NCBI GenBank assembly: GCA_041499965.1
Contig: JBGQLG010000004.1
Location: forward strand, 15,103-79,102
Length of the DNA: 64,000 nt
Direction: 5' to 3'
Source of the DNA: Candidatus Methylomirabilia bacterium
GTDB lineage: Bacteria > Methylomirabilota > Methylomirabilia > Rokubacteriales > CSP1-6
The notes below the pieces were generated by a model. That model worked only from the letters and a program-made list of their open reading frames with translations, had not been told where the DNA came from and searched no databases. Positions 39,860 through 49,611 of the stretch are shown piece by piece. A program made the position numbers and the translations under genes. Each line of letters begins with the position of its first letter. The first letter of the stretch is position 1.

Positions 39860-40933
39860 TCAGTAGCCGCGGGCGCGGTCCACGACCTGGAGCAACGGAC
39901 GGTCGGAGAGGAAGCGCCGCAGGTTGTCCACCCAGAGCGCCGCCACGAGCGAGTCGCGGTCGGGATGCAGGCCGCCGACGTGGGGCAGCACCACGATGCC
40001 GGGCGTCGTCCAGAACGGATGCTCGGCCGGCAACGGCTCCGTCGTGAACACGTCCAGCACGGCGCCGGTGATCCGGCGCTCGCGTACGGCGGAGACCAGG
40101 TCGGCGTCGACGACGAGATCGCCGCGCCCGAAGTTCAAGACCCACGCGCTCGGTTTCAGCCCGGCCAGCGCGGCCTTGTCGATGATCCCTCGGGTCTCGG
40201 CCGTGGAGGGCAGGAGCAGGAGCACGTAGTCCGATTCCGCGAGCACGCGTGCCGTTTCAGAGGGCGCGTGCACGCGCTCGACGTGCGGGATCGCCGTCGG
40301 CTCCCGCTTGGTGCCGATCACGCGCATGCCGAGCCCCGTCGCCAGCCGCGCCACCTCGACGCCGATCGCACCCAGCCCGAGGATGCCCAGCGTGGCGCCG
40401 GCCAGCGTGGGATTCACGCGGCGCCGCCAGCGTCCCGCCGCCTGATCCAGCACGATGCCCGCCAGATCCTTGGAGCACAGGAAGAGCGCCGCCAGGATGT
40501 GCTCGGACATCTGCACGCGATGCGTGCCCCGCGCGCACGTCAGCGCGGCGCCCGCCGGCGTGTCGGCCCCGAGCCATTGCTCGCAGCCGCCGGTCAGCGA
40601 TTGGATCCAGCGTAGTCGCGGCGCCCGGGTGGCGAGCGTGCTCGGCGGCCGCCAGGCCAGCAGCGCGTCAGCCTTGGCCAGCAGTGAATCGGGCGGATCG
40701 GACTTGAGCGGTGTGGTGATCAGCTCGACCGAGCCCGCGAGGCCGGCCGCCTCCGCCGCGCGCAGGTAGGGACCGGCCTCGTCGAGCCACAGCAGGACGG
40801 ACGGCGTGGGGACTAGCTTCCGGCCCGCGCCGGAGCGCTGACCGCCTCCCCCTGGCCGTTGGGCGAGGGCTCGCAGGTCGCGCCGCCCTCGTGGTGGATC
40901 GACAGGTCCTTGATGGTCGGCGACGTCCCGCAC
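39860..40933 (-). CDS. D-isomer-specific 2-hydroxyacid dehydrogenase, NAD-binding
   Basis: GILGLGAIGVEVARLATGLGMRVIG Rossmann motif. RGD...E...PHVGG catalytic context. Only a GTG at 40933 is available as a start, giving a 120-nt overlap with the moeB 3' end. Confidence 0.7.
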   Translation of the reverse strand: MRDVADHQGPVDPPRGRRDLRALAQRPGGGGQRSGAGRKLVPTPSVLLWLDEAGPYLRAAEAAGLAGSVELITTPLKSDPPDSLLAKADALLAWRPPSTLATRAPRLRWIQSLTGGCEQWLGADTPAGAALTCARGTHRVQMSEHILAALFLCSKDLAGIVLDQAAGRWRRRVNPTLAGATLGILGLGAIGVEVARLATGLGMRVIGTKREPTAIPHVERVHAPSETARVLAESDYVLLLLPSTAETRGIIDKAALAGLKPSAWVLNFGRGDLVVDADLVSAVRERRITGAVLDVFTTEPLPAEHPFWTTPGIVVLPHVGGLHPDRDSLVAALWVDNLRRFLSDRPLLQVVDRARGY

Positions 40934-42063
40934 AGCGGGCAGTTGGGATCCCGCCGCAGCCGGACCTCGCGGAAGCGCATGCCGAGCGCGTCGTACGTCA
41001 GCAGGCGTCCGATCAGCGGCTCGCCGATGCCGAGCAGCAGCTTCACGGTTTCCGTCGCCTGCACCATCCCGATCATGCCTGGGAGCACGCCCAGGACCCC
41101 GGCCTCACTTCAGGAGGGCACCAACCCCGGTGGTGGTGGTGTGGGGTACAGGCACCGGTAGCACGGGCCCTGGTTCGGGGCGAACACCGTGGCCATGCCC
41201 TCGAACTGGAAGATCGAGCCGTGCACGTTGGTCTTGCCGGCCAGGTAGCAGGCGTCGTTGACGAGATAGCGCGTCTCGAAGTTGTCCGAGCCGTCGACGA
41301 CGAGGTCGTAGTCCTTGATGACGTCCATCACGTTGTCGACGGTGATGCGCATCGGCAGCGAGACGACGTTGACGTCGGGGTTGAGCGCCTTCAGCGTGCG
41401 TGTGCCCGACTCGACCTTCGGCTTGCCGACGTCCGCCGTCGTGTGCAGGATCTGGCGCTGCAGGTTCGTGATGTCGACGGTGTCGCCGTCCATCAGCCCG
41501 AGCGTGCCCACGCCGGCCGCCGCCAGGTAGAGCGCGGTCGGCGAGCCGAGACCCCCGGCGCCGATGAGCAACACCTTGGAGCGCAACAGCTTCCGCTGGC
41601 CCTTGTCGCCGACCTGATTCAGCAGGAAGTGGCGGCTGTAGCGCTGGAGCTGATCGGGATTGAGCGGCTGGTCCTTGACGGTCGGCAGGCCCGACTGCGC
41701 CCACTTCTGGTAGCCGCCTTGTAGATTCGTGACGTTCTGATAGCCGAGCTCGTGCAGCGCCTTGGCGGCGAGCATCGAGCGCAGCCCGGTCTGGCAGTAC
41801 AGCATGATCGGCGTGGTCGGGTCGGTCACGGCTGCGCCCACACGGAACTCCAGGAAGCCCCGGCTGATGTTGCTGGCAGCCTCGATGTGCCCGTCGCGGA
41901 ACTCGTCGGGGTCCCGCACGTCGATGACCACCAGCGGCTCGTTGGCGGCCAGGCGCCGCTGCAGGTCGGCCGGCCCCTGCTCGGGGATGACCTGCCGGGC
42001 CTCGGCCAGCATTTCCTTCAGAGTTTTCATCTGGGTGATGTTACCCCCATTTCCGGTCGACAT
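40813..42063 (-). CDS. moeB: rhodanese-ThiF/MoeB fusion (molybdopterin/thiocarboxylate-activating E1-like) containing one in-frame TGA at the conserved active-site Cys codon: probable selenocysteine protein
   Basis: ORFs 41110..42063 and 40813..41088 are in the same frame, separated only by TGA (complement of 41110-41112). Rhodanese YCQTGLRS. Thi[25 protein letters not shown]...CPLC zinc motif. The TGA sits where MoeB/ThiF proteins carry the conserved Cys (PS-[TGA]-SEAGV versus LTCVEAGV). A hairpin lies 15 nt downstream. Confidence 0.65.
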
Positions 42064-42144
42064 TCAACCGAGCCGCGCCGGTTTCGTGGCCGATCCCCGG
42101 TGTTTCTCGGGCCTGGAGAGCGGCTGCTATACTCGCCGAACTCG

Positions 42145-43026
42145 ATGAGCGACACCAGAAAAGGCATCGTGCTTGCGGGTGGCGCCGGCACCCGGCTGTA
42201 CCCCTTGACGCTGGCGGTGAGCAAGCAGCTCGTCCCCGTCTACAACAAGCCGATGATCTACTACCCGCTCTCCACACTGATGCTGGCCGGCATCCGCGAG
42301 ATTCTGGTCATCACGACGCCCCACGATCAGGCGAACTTCCAGCGCCTCCTCGGCGACGGCCGCCAGATCGGTCTCAGCGTCGAGTATGCCGTGCAGCCGG
42401 AGCCGGCCGGCATCGCCCAGGCCTTCCTGATCGGCCGCGATTTCATCGGGCGTCATCCGGTCGCGCTCGCCCTTGGCGACAACCTGTTCTACGGCCACGG
42501 GCTGACCGAGTCGCTCCAGCGCGCCGCCGCTCGCCCCGAAGGCGGAACGATCTTCGCGTACTGGGTGCGCGACCCCGAGCGCTACGGCGTCGTCGATTTC
42601 GACGCGGCCGGCCGCGTGGTGGCGATCGAGGAGAAGCCGGTGCGGCCCCGCTCGTCGTGGGCGGTGACCGGTCTCTACTTCTACGACGCGCGGGTCGTCG
42701 AGATCGCCGCCGGCCTCACGCCCTCCGCCCGCGGTGAGCTGGAGATCACCGACGTCAACGGTGCCTACCTGCGGCAGGGCCGCTTGCACGTCGAGAAGCT
42801 GGGGCGCGGGGTGGCGTGGCTGGACACCGGCACCCACGAGGCGCTGTTGCAGGCCGGCACGTTCATCCAGACGCTGGAGACCCGCCAGGGGCTGATGGTC
42901 GCGTGCCTGGAGGAGATCGCCTACCGCATGGGCTGGATCGGCGCCGCCGACGTCGAGCGCATCGCCAAGCCGATGCGTGACAACGCCTACGGCCAGTACC
43001 TCCTGCGCTTGCTGGCCGAGCCATGA
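42145..43026 (+). CDS. rfbA: glucose-1-phosphate thymidylyltransferase
   Basis: [54 protein letters not shown] is 11 nt after a TATACT box. Confidence 0.85.
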   Translation: MSDTRKGIVLAGGAGTRLYPLTLAVSKQLVPVYNKPMIYYPLSTLMLAGIREILVITTPHDQANFQRLLGDGRQIGLSVEYAVQPEPAGIAQAFLIGRDFIGRHPVALALGDNLFYGHGLTESLQRAAARPEGGTIFAYWVRDPERYGVVDFDAAGRVVAIEEKPVRPRSSWAVTGLYFYDARVVEIAAGLTPSARGELEITDVNGAYLRQGRLHVEKLGRGVAWLDTGTHEALLQAGTFIQTLETRQGLMVACLEEIAYRMGWIGAADVERIAKPMRDNAYGQYLLRLLAEP

Positions 43027-43051
43027 CCGCGTGCTATCCTCACACGGTCTG

Positions 43052-43591
43052 ATGGACATTTCCCGCGACGCCAAGCGCGCGTTCCAGCTGCAGACGTACG
43101 CACCGGCGCCGGCGATCGAGGGCGTCGCGCTGGTCACGCTCAGGCGCCACGCCGACGACGGCGGCAGCCTCACCGAGCTGGCCCGGCTCACCGAGGGCGG
43201 CGGCACCGAAGGCCTGGAAGGATTCAGCGTGCGCCAGGTCAACTACAGCGAGCTGGCGCCGGGCACGATCAAGGCGTTCCACCTGCACGTGCGCCAGACC
43301 GACGTCTGGTACGTGCCGCCCGGCGACCGCATGCTGATCGTGCTGCTCGACGTGCGTCAGGGCTCGCCGACCGAGAGCGCGCGCATGCGCCTGGTGCTCG
43401 GCGATGGCGCCTCCCGGCTGCTGCGCATCCCGCCCGGCGTCGCCCACGGCGTGCGTAACCTGGCCACCTCGCCCGGCCGCATCATCTACTTCACCGACCT
43501 GCACTTCTCGGCCGAGCCGTCCTCCAGCGACGAAGGCCGGCTGCCGTGGGACTTCGCGGGCGCCGACGTGTGGGAGGTCACGCGCGGCTAG
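43052..43591 (+). CDS. rfbC: dTDP-4-dehydrorhamnose 3,5-epimerase (cupin)
   Basis: 179 aa from ATG 43052. RQVNYSELAPGTIKAFHLH...WYVPPG pattern. Confidence 0.8.
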   Translation: MDISRDAKRAFQLQTYAPAPAIEGVALVTLRRHADDGGSLTELARLTEGGGTEGLEGFSVRQVNYSELAPGTIKAFHLHVRQTDVWYVPPGDRMLIVLLDVRQGSPTESARMRLVLGDGASRLLRIPPGVAHGVRNLATSPGRIIYFTDLHFSAEPSSSDEGRLPWDFAGADVWEVTRG

Positions 43592-44590
43592 ATGAAGCTG
43601 CTGGTCACGGGCGGGTGTGGCTTCATCGGCTCCAGCTTCATCCGCACCGTGCTGACCACGCATCCCGACGACAGCGTCGTCAACCTCGACAAGCTGACCT
43701 ACGCCGGCAACCCCGCCAACCTGGCCGACGTCGAGCGCGATCCCCGCTACGCGTTCGTCCACGGTGACATCGGCGACGCCACGCTCGTGCGCGACGTCGC
43801 CCACGGCATGGACGCGGTCGTGAACTTCGCCGCCCCCAGCCACGTCGACCGCTCGATCCTCGACCCCGACGAATTCTTGAAGACGAGCGTCCTCGGCGTG
43901 CACGTGCTGCTGGAGACGGTGCGCGAGCTGCGCATCCCGCGCTTCCTGCAGATCAGCACCGACGAGGTGTACGGCTCGATCGCGTCCGGGGCCGCCCGCG
44001 AGGACGCGCCGCTGCAGCCGTCCAACCCGTACTCGGCGGCCAAGGCCGGTGGCGACCTGCTGGCGCTGGCCGCCTGGCGCACGCACGGGGTGCCGGTGGT
44101 CATCACGCGCTCGTCCAACAACTTCGGGCCCTACCAGTACCCGGAGAAGCTCGTGCCGCTGTTCGTCACCAACGCCCTCGACGACCGGCCGCTGCCGCTG
44201 TACGGCGACGGCCGCCAGGTCCGCGACTGGCTCTACGTGCTCGACAACTGCGCGGCGATCGACCTGGTGCTGCGGCGTGGGCGTGACGGCGAGGTCTACA
44301 ACGTCGGCGGAGGCCACGAGGTCGCCAACGGCGCGCTCACGCGCGAGATCCTGCAATTGCTCGGCAAGCCCGAGAGCCTCGTGCAGCCGGTGGCCGACCG
44401 CCCCGGTCACGACCGCCGTTACGCGCTCGACGCCACCAAGCTCGGGAGCCTCGGCTGGGCGCCGCGCTATCCGTTCGCCTCGGCCCTCGAGTCGACGGTG
44501 CGCTGGTACTGCGAGCACGAGGCGTGGTGGCGGCCGCTGAAGTCCGGCGAGTTCCGCGCGTACTACGAGCGGCAGTACGGCCGGCGATGA
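43592..44590 (+). CDS. rfbB: dTDP-glucose 4,6-dehydratase
   Basis: MKLLVTGGCGFIGSSFIR, YSAAKAGGD (YxxxK), STDEVYG. Confidence 0.9.
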   Translation: MKLLVTGGCGFIGSSFIRTVLTTHPDDSVVNLDKLTYAGNPANLADVERDPRYAFVHGDIGDATLVRDVAHGMDAVVNFAAPSHVDRSILDPDEFLKTSVLGVHVLLETVRELRIPRFLQISTDEVYGSIASGAAREDAPLQPSNPYSAAKAGGDLLALAAWRTHGVPVVITRSSNNFGPYQYPEKLVPLFVTNALDDRPLPLYGDGRQVRDWLYVLDNCAAIDLVLRRGRDGEVYNVGGGHEVANGALTREILQLLGKPESLVQPVADRPGHDRRYALDATKLGSLGWAPRYPFASALESTVRWYCEHEAWWRPLKSGEFRAYYERQYGRR

Positions 44591-44609
44591 GCCGGCCGGT
44601 CGAGGCGCC

Positions 44610-45632
44610 ATGAAGGCCCGGATCGCGGTGCTGGCCGGCCTTGCCGTCGCCCTGCTGGTGCCGGTCTCCCTCGTCCTGGCCCGCCCGGCCGCGCGCGAGC
44701 CGCGGCCGCACCCCAAGGACATGCCGGCGGTGCCGTCGTACGTGGAGCGCGTCGAGCCCGCCCTGGTCGGCCTGCACGTGCGGGCGGCCGAGAACCGGCC
44801 GTCGTCGGCGCGGCTCGGCACCCGCCGCTTCGGCACCGGCGTCATCTTCGACCCGCGCGGCTACGTCGTCACGGTCAGCTACGTCGTCCTCGACGCGCTC
44901 CGCATCGAGGCCCGCATGCTGGATGGCCGCTCGGTGCCGGCCCGGCTGGTGGGCCTCGACCTCGACACCGGGCTGGCGGTGGTGCGCCTGGAGGGCGCCG
45001 GCCCGTGGCCGGCGGCCGAGCTGCGGCCCTCGAGCGACCTGCGGGTGGGGGCGGTGACCGGCACGGTCGGGGTGGACGAGGACGGTGACCTCGTGCACGC
45101 CACGACCACGCTGCGCTCGGTCCGGCGCTTCTCGGCGTTCTGGGAGTACATGCTCGACCGCGCGCTGATGCTGGAGCCGTCGATGTCGACGTGGGGCGGC
45201 AGCGCCGCCGTCGACGAGCGCGGGCGCGTGGTCGGCATCGTCTCGCTCCGGCTGGGCGAGGCGCCCTACGTGAGCCTGGCCATCCCCGCCGAGGAGTTCC
45301 TCGCGGTCAAGGACGAGCTGGTCACGGCCGGCCGCGTCGTGAGCCGGCGGCCCCGGCCCTGGATCGGCCTCTACACGGCGGCCCAGCCCGGCCGCGTGGT
45401 CGTCGACGGCTTCAACGAGGCCGGCCCCGCCCGCGAGGCCGGGTTCCGCCGCGGTGACCAGATCGTCGGGGTCGACGGCGTCGACGTGGCCTCCCAGGAG
45501 GAGTTCTACGCGCAGATGTGGCGGCGCCGGGCCGGCGACACCATCGAGGTCTCCGTGCGGCGCAACGACCGCGTGCAGGTCATCAGCGTGCGGTCCATCG
45601 ATCGCCATCGCCTGTATCCGAGTCCGCGCTGA
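44610..45632 (+). CDS. DegP/S1C-like protein with degenerate catalytic triad plus PDZ domain (probable pseudo-protease), secreted
   Basis: Trypsin-fold pattern, but His box reads TVSYVV (versus TNAHVV in htrA) and Ser box reads TWGGSA (versus GNSGGPL). PDZ at the C-terminus. N-terminal signal peptide. Confidence 0.6.
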   Translation: MKARIAVLAGLAVALLVPVSLVLARPAAREPRPHPKDMPAVPSYVERVEPALVGLHVRAAENRPSSARLGTRRFGTGVIFDPRGYVVTVSYVVLDALRIEARMLDGRSVPARLVGLDLDTGLAVVRLEGAGPWPAAELRPSSDLRVGAVTGTVGVDEDGDLVHATTTLRSVRRFSAFWEYMLDRALMLEPSMSTWGGSAAVDERGRVVGIVSLRLGEAPYVSLAIPAEEFLAVKDELVTAGRVVSRRPRPWIGLYTAAQPGRVVVDGFNEAGPAREAGFRRGDQIVGVDGVDVASQEEFYAQMWRRRAGDTIEVSVRRNDRVQVISVRSIDRHRLYPSPR

Positions 45633-45647
45633 GTTAGACTCGGCCTC

Positions 45648-47054
45648 ATGAAGGGCGCGGCCGACACGTACCAGGGGCGCGGCCTCATCGCCGACCCGAT
45701 CCACCAGTACATCCTCTACACGCGCCCGGGCGGCATCCCGGGCGAGGCCACCGAGCAGGACCTGATCGACACGCCGTGGGTCCAGCGGCTGCGCCGCGTG
45801 CCCCAGCTGCAGTCGGCCCGCTGGGTGTTTCCCGCCGCCGAGCACAGCCGCTTCCAGCACTCGCTGGGCGCCATGCACCTGGCCGGGCGCTTCGCCCAGC
45901 AGCTCTACCCCTCGCTGCGGGCCGTCTTCCCCGACGCGCCCTCGGCCCCGCTGATCGAGGAGCTGCTGCGCATGGCCGGCCTGCTGCACGACGTCGGTCA
46001 CGGGCCCTTCGGCCACTTCTTCGACGACAACTTCCTGATCGACTACGACCTCACCCACGAGCTGCTCGGCCAGCGCATCATCCGCGAGGAGCTGGCCGAT
46101 CCGCTGCGCGGGCTGCGGCGCAGCCCCAGCGGGGCGTTCAACGCCGACGAGCAGATCGACCCGGAGTGGATCTGCTACCTGATGGGGAAGGCGTACACTC
46201 ACCCGCTGGAGTCGCACCCGAAGTGGCTGCCGTTCCTCAAGCCGCTGCTCTCGGGCGTCTTCACGGCCGACAACATGGACTACGTGCTCCGCGACGCCTA
46301 CATGTGCGGGGTGGCGGTGGGCCCGATCGACATCGAGCGCATCATCTACTACTCGTTCTTCTCCGAGAAGGGGTTGACGCTCGACCGCAGCGGGCTGCAG
46401 GCGTTCACGATGTTCCTGAACGCGCGCTTCTACATGTACACAAACGTCTACTACCACCGCACGACGCGCGGCATCGACCTGCACCTGAAGGAGATCTTCC
46501 GCGACACGATGAAGATCGCCTTTCCCTACGACCTGACCAAGGAGCTGCACCCCTACCTGCACCTGACGGAGTGGACGCTGCTGGAGGAGGTCGGCCGCTG
46601 GCACGACTCCGACGACGCCGAGCGGCGGGCGCTCGGAGCGGAGTGGCGCCACGTGCTCGACCGGCGGCTCAAGTGGCGCATGTCGGGCGAGGAAGTGCTC
46701 GACCAGTTCGAGGCGCGCAAGGGCCAGGGCTTCCTGCAGTCCGAGGAGGTCGAGAAGCGCGTGAAGAGCTTCCTGCCGCCGCGGCTGCGCGACGTGCCCT
46801 TCAAGATCGACATGGCGCTGCAGGACCCGCGCCCGCTCAATCCGCTCAAGATGGGCGATCGGCAGATCTACGTGTTCGACGGCGCCTCCGGCTCGGTGTC
46901 CGAGGAGCCGCTCAGCGAGATCCTCAAGTACCTGCCCGGCAAGGTGGCCCAGTGCCGGATCTTCGCGATGAACCACGAGCACGACGCCGCCCTGGCCCTG
47001 GCGCTCAAGCGCGCGCTCAACGAGGAGCCGCCCTCGATCGTGACCAACGTCTGA
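45648..47054 (+). CDS. HD-domain dNTP triphosphohydrolase-like protein (dGTPase/SAMHD1-like)
   Basis: RFQHSLGAMHLAG...LLHDVGHGPFGHFFD...DNMDYVLRDAYMCG HD-domain signature. Confidence 0.75.
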   Translation: MKGAADTYQGRGLIADPIHQYILYTRPGGIPGEATEQDLIDTPWVQRLRRVPQLQSARWVFPAAEHSRFQHSLGAMHLAGRFAQQLYPSLRAVFPDAPSAPLIEELLRMAGLLHDVGHGPFGHFFDDNFLIDYDLTHELLGQRIIREELADPLRGLRRSPSGAFNADEQIDPEWICYLMGKAYTHPLESHPKWLPFLKPLLSGVFTADNMDYVLRDAYMCGVAVGPIDIERIIYYSFFSEKGLTLDRSGLQAFTMFLNARFYMYTNVYYHRTTRGIDLHLKEIFRDTMKIAFPYDLTKELHPYLHLTEWTLLEEVGRWHDSDDAERRALGAEWRHVLDRRLKWRMSGEEVLDQFEARKGQGFLQSEEVEKRVKSFLPPRLRDVPFKIDMALQDPRPLNPLKMGDRQIYVFDGASGSVSEEPLSEILKYLPGKVAQCRIFAMNHEHDAALALALKRALNEEPPSIVTNV

Positions 47055-47575
47055 TGGCCGACAACCCCCTCGCCCCCGCCGAGGTCGCCGCGCTGCTGCC
47101 CGCCACCGTGGCCGCGCTGCGCGCCGAGCTGGCGGCGCTGCCCGAGCGCGTACTGGCCTGGCATCCGGCGCCCGGCGAGTGGTGCGTGAAGGAGGTGCTC
47201 GGCCACCTGATCGAGGCCGACCACCGCGGCTTCGCCGGCCGCATCCGCATCATCCTGGCCGCCGACACGCCGGTGCTCGAGCGGTGGGAGCCGCCCGACG
47301 TCGCCCGCGCCCGCGGCGACTGCGCGAAGCCGGCTGCCGCGCTGCTCGACGAGCTGACGGCGATGCGACAGGACAGCGCCGCCCTCGCGCGCGGCCTGCG
47401 CGAGGGCGACCTCGACCGCGCCGGCCGTCATCCCACCGTCGGGCTGCTGCGCGTGCGCGACTTGCTGCAGGAGTGGGTGCACCACGACCGCAATCACGTC
47501 CGCCAGGCGCTGGCCAACGTGCAGGCCTACGTGTGGCCGGCGATGGGGAACTCGCAGAAGTTCGCCGGCGACTGA
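47054..47575 (+). CDS. DinB/YfiT-like (DinB_2) putative metal-dependent hydrolase
   Basis: 173 aa. WCVKEVLGHLIEADH...WVHHDRNHVRQ His-rich four-helix pattern. Start overlaps the HD gene stop (TGATG). Confidence 0.6.
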   Translation: MADNPLAPAEVAALLPATVAALRAELAALPERVLAWHPAPGEWCVKEVLGHLIEADHRGFAGRIRIILAADTPVLERWEPPDVARARGDCAKPAAALLDELTAMRQDSAALARGLREGDLDRAGRHPTVGLLRVRDLLQEWVHHDRNHVRQALANVQAYVWPAMGNSQKFAGD

Positions 47576-47580
47576 TTTGA

Positions 47581-47650
47581 TGGGGGGCCCCGAGATGGCC
47601 CCCCCCCCCAGCGTTCGGGGCGCCGCGGCGAAGCCGCGACGCCCCTCGAT
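47581..47650. repeat. ~70-bp GC-rich palindromic intergenic repeat, copy B
   Basis: About 88% identical to 15468..15537. Again sits between convergent 3' ends (DinB-like on +, queC on -). Generates the spurious ORF 47577..48374 beginning MMGGPEMAPPPS. Confidence 0.75.
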
Positions 47651-47663
47651 GTCTGTCTCTGGC

Positions 47664-48359
47664 TTAACCGCGGTAGCGGGTGGGGTCGGACACGTCGGCC
47701 TCACCGAATCCCTTGCGGCGGAGCGTGCACGAATCGCAGCGGCCGCAGGCGGCGCCGTCCGGCGCCGGATCGTAGCAGGACAGCGTGAGCGCGTAGTCGA
47801 CCCCCGCCGCGGTCCCCGCCCGGATGATCTCGGCCTTGGTCATGCGGATCAGCGGCGTGTGGATGCGCAGATGCTGGCGCCCCTCGACGCCCGCGCGCGT
47901 GGCCAGCGTGGCCAGTCGCTCGAACGCCTCGATGAACTCCGGCCGGCAATCGGGATACCCGGAATAGTCGTACACGTTCACGCCGATGACGATGTCGCTC
48001 GCCTCCAGCACCTCGGCCCACGCCAGCGCGAACGACAGGAAGATCGTGTTGCGAGCCGGCACGTAGGTGACGGGGATGCCGTGGGCCATCGCGTCGAGCG
48101 CGCGATCCTTGGGGACCTCGATGTCGGCGGTGAGCGCCGAGCCGCCGAACGCGCGCAGGTCGATCGTGAGCACCTCGTGACGCACCACGCCGAGCGCGGC
48201 CGCCACCCGCCGGGCCGCCTCGATCTCGACCGCATGGCGCTGGCCGTACGCGAGCGTCAGCGCGTAGAGGGCGAAGCCCTCCCGGGCCGTCAGCGCCGCC
48301 GCGGTCGTCGAGTCCACGCCGCCGCTGAGCAGCACCACCGCCTTCGGCCGAGCGTCCAT
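47664..48359 (-). CDS. queC: 7-cyano-7-deazaguanine synthase
   Basis: [15 protein letters not shown]-loop. C-terminal CGRCDSC zinc motif. ATG at complement of 48359. Confidence 0.85.
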   Translation of the reverse strand: MDARPKAVVLLSGGVDSTTAAALTAREGFALYALTLAYGQRHAVEIEAARRVAAALGVVRHEVLTIDLRAFGGSALTADIEVPKDRALDAMAHGIPVTYVPARNTIFLSFALAWAEVLEASDIVIGVNVYDYSGYPDCRPEFIEAFERLATLATRAGVEGRQHLRIHTPLIRMTKAEIIRAGTAAGVDYALTLSCYDPAPDGAACGRCDSCTLRRKGFGEADVSDPTRYRG

Positions 48360-48414
48360 GGCGCCATAGTATGATCGATCGCCCACGGGAAACACGGGAC
48401 TCAGGGGGTAGGTC

Positions 48415-49590
48415 ATGGAGAAGTTTCGGGGCGTCGACTACTACGGCATCGAGACGCTGCTCTCCGACGACGAGCGGATGATCCGCGACGCCGTCCGCGA
48501 CTGGGTCGAGGCGGAGTTCCTGCCGATCGTGGCGGAGCACCATCGAGCGGAGACGTTCCCGGTCGCGCTCATCCCCAAGCTCGGCGAGCTGGGCGTGTTC
48601 GGCGCCACGCTCCAGGGCTACGGCTGCGCCGGCCTGAACAACGTCGCCTATGGCCTGATCATGCAGGAGCTGGAGCGCGGCGACTCCGGGCTGCGTTCAG
48701 GCGCCTCCGTGCAGAGCGGGCTCGTGATGTACCCGATCTACACGTATGGCTCCGACGCCCAGAAGGACCGCTGGCTGCCCAAGCTGGCGACCGGCGAGGC
48801 GGTGGGCTGCTTCGGCCTCACCGAGCCCGATCACGGCTCCGACCCCGGCTCGATGAAGACGCGCGCGAAGCGCGTGGCCGACGGCTACGTGCTCAACGGC
48901 ACCAAGCTGTGGATCACCAACGGCTCCATCGCCGACGTCGCCGTGGTGTGGGCCAAGGAAGATGACGGCGAGATCTACGGCTACCTGGTCGAGCGCGGCA
49001 CCCCGGGCTTCTCGACGCTCGACATCCACGGCAAGTTCTCGATGCGCGCCTCGATCACCTCGGAGCTGGCCTTCCAGGACTGCAAGATCCCGCTCGACAA
49101 CAAGCTCCCCAAGGTGCAGGGGCTGCGCGGGCCGCTGGGCTGTCTGAACCAGGCGCGCTACGGCATCGCCTGGGGCGCGGTGGGTGCGGCGATGGCCTGC
49201 TACGACTGGACGCTGCAGTACGCCCAGCAGCGCATCCAGTTCGGCAGGCCGATCGCCTCGTTCCAGCTCGTGCAGCAGAAGCTCGTCTGGATGATCACCG
49301 AGATCACCAAGGCCCAGCTCCTCGTGCTGCAGCTCGGCCGCCTCAAGGACGCCGGCACGCTGCGGCCCCAGCAGGTCTCGATGGCCAAGATGAACAACGT
49401 GCAGATGGCGCTCGACACCGCCCGCCTGGGCCGCGACGTCCTGGGCGCGGCCGGCATCGTGGACGAGCACCCGATCATCCGCCACATGCTAAACCTCGAG
49501 ACGGTCAACACGTACGAGGGGACGCACGACATCCACACGCTGATCGTGGGCCGGGACATCACGGGACTGGACGCGTTCGGGATCGGCTAG
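48415..49590 (+). CDS. gcdH: acyl-CoA dehydrogenase, glutaryl-CoA dehydrogenase-like
   Basis: 391 aa. [36 protein letters not shown]-terminus typical of GCDH. Confidence 0.8.
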   Translation: MEKFRGVDYYGIETLLSDDERMIRDAVRDWVEAEFLPIVAEHHRAETFPVALIPKLGELGVFGATLQGYGCAGLNNVAYGLIMQELERGDSGLRSGASVQSGLVMYPIYTYGSDAQKDRWLPKLATGEAVGCFGLTEPDHGSDPGSMKTRAKRVADGYVLNGTKLWITNGSIADVAVVWAKEDDGEIYGYLVERGTPGFSTLDIHGKFSMRASITSELAFQDCKIPLDNKLPKVQGLRGPLGCLNQARYGIAWGAVGAAMACYDWTLQYAQQRIQFGRPIASFQLVQQKLVWMITEITKAQLLVLQLGRLKDAGTLRPQQVSMAKMNNVQMALDTARLGRDVLGAAGIVDEHPIIRHMLNLETVNTYEGTHDIHTLIVGRDITGLDAFGIG

Positions 49591-49611
49591 CGGTCGTGCC
49601 GCGGAAGCGGT

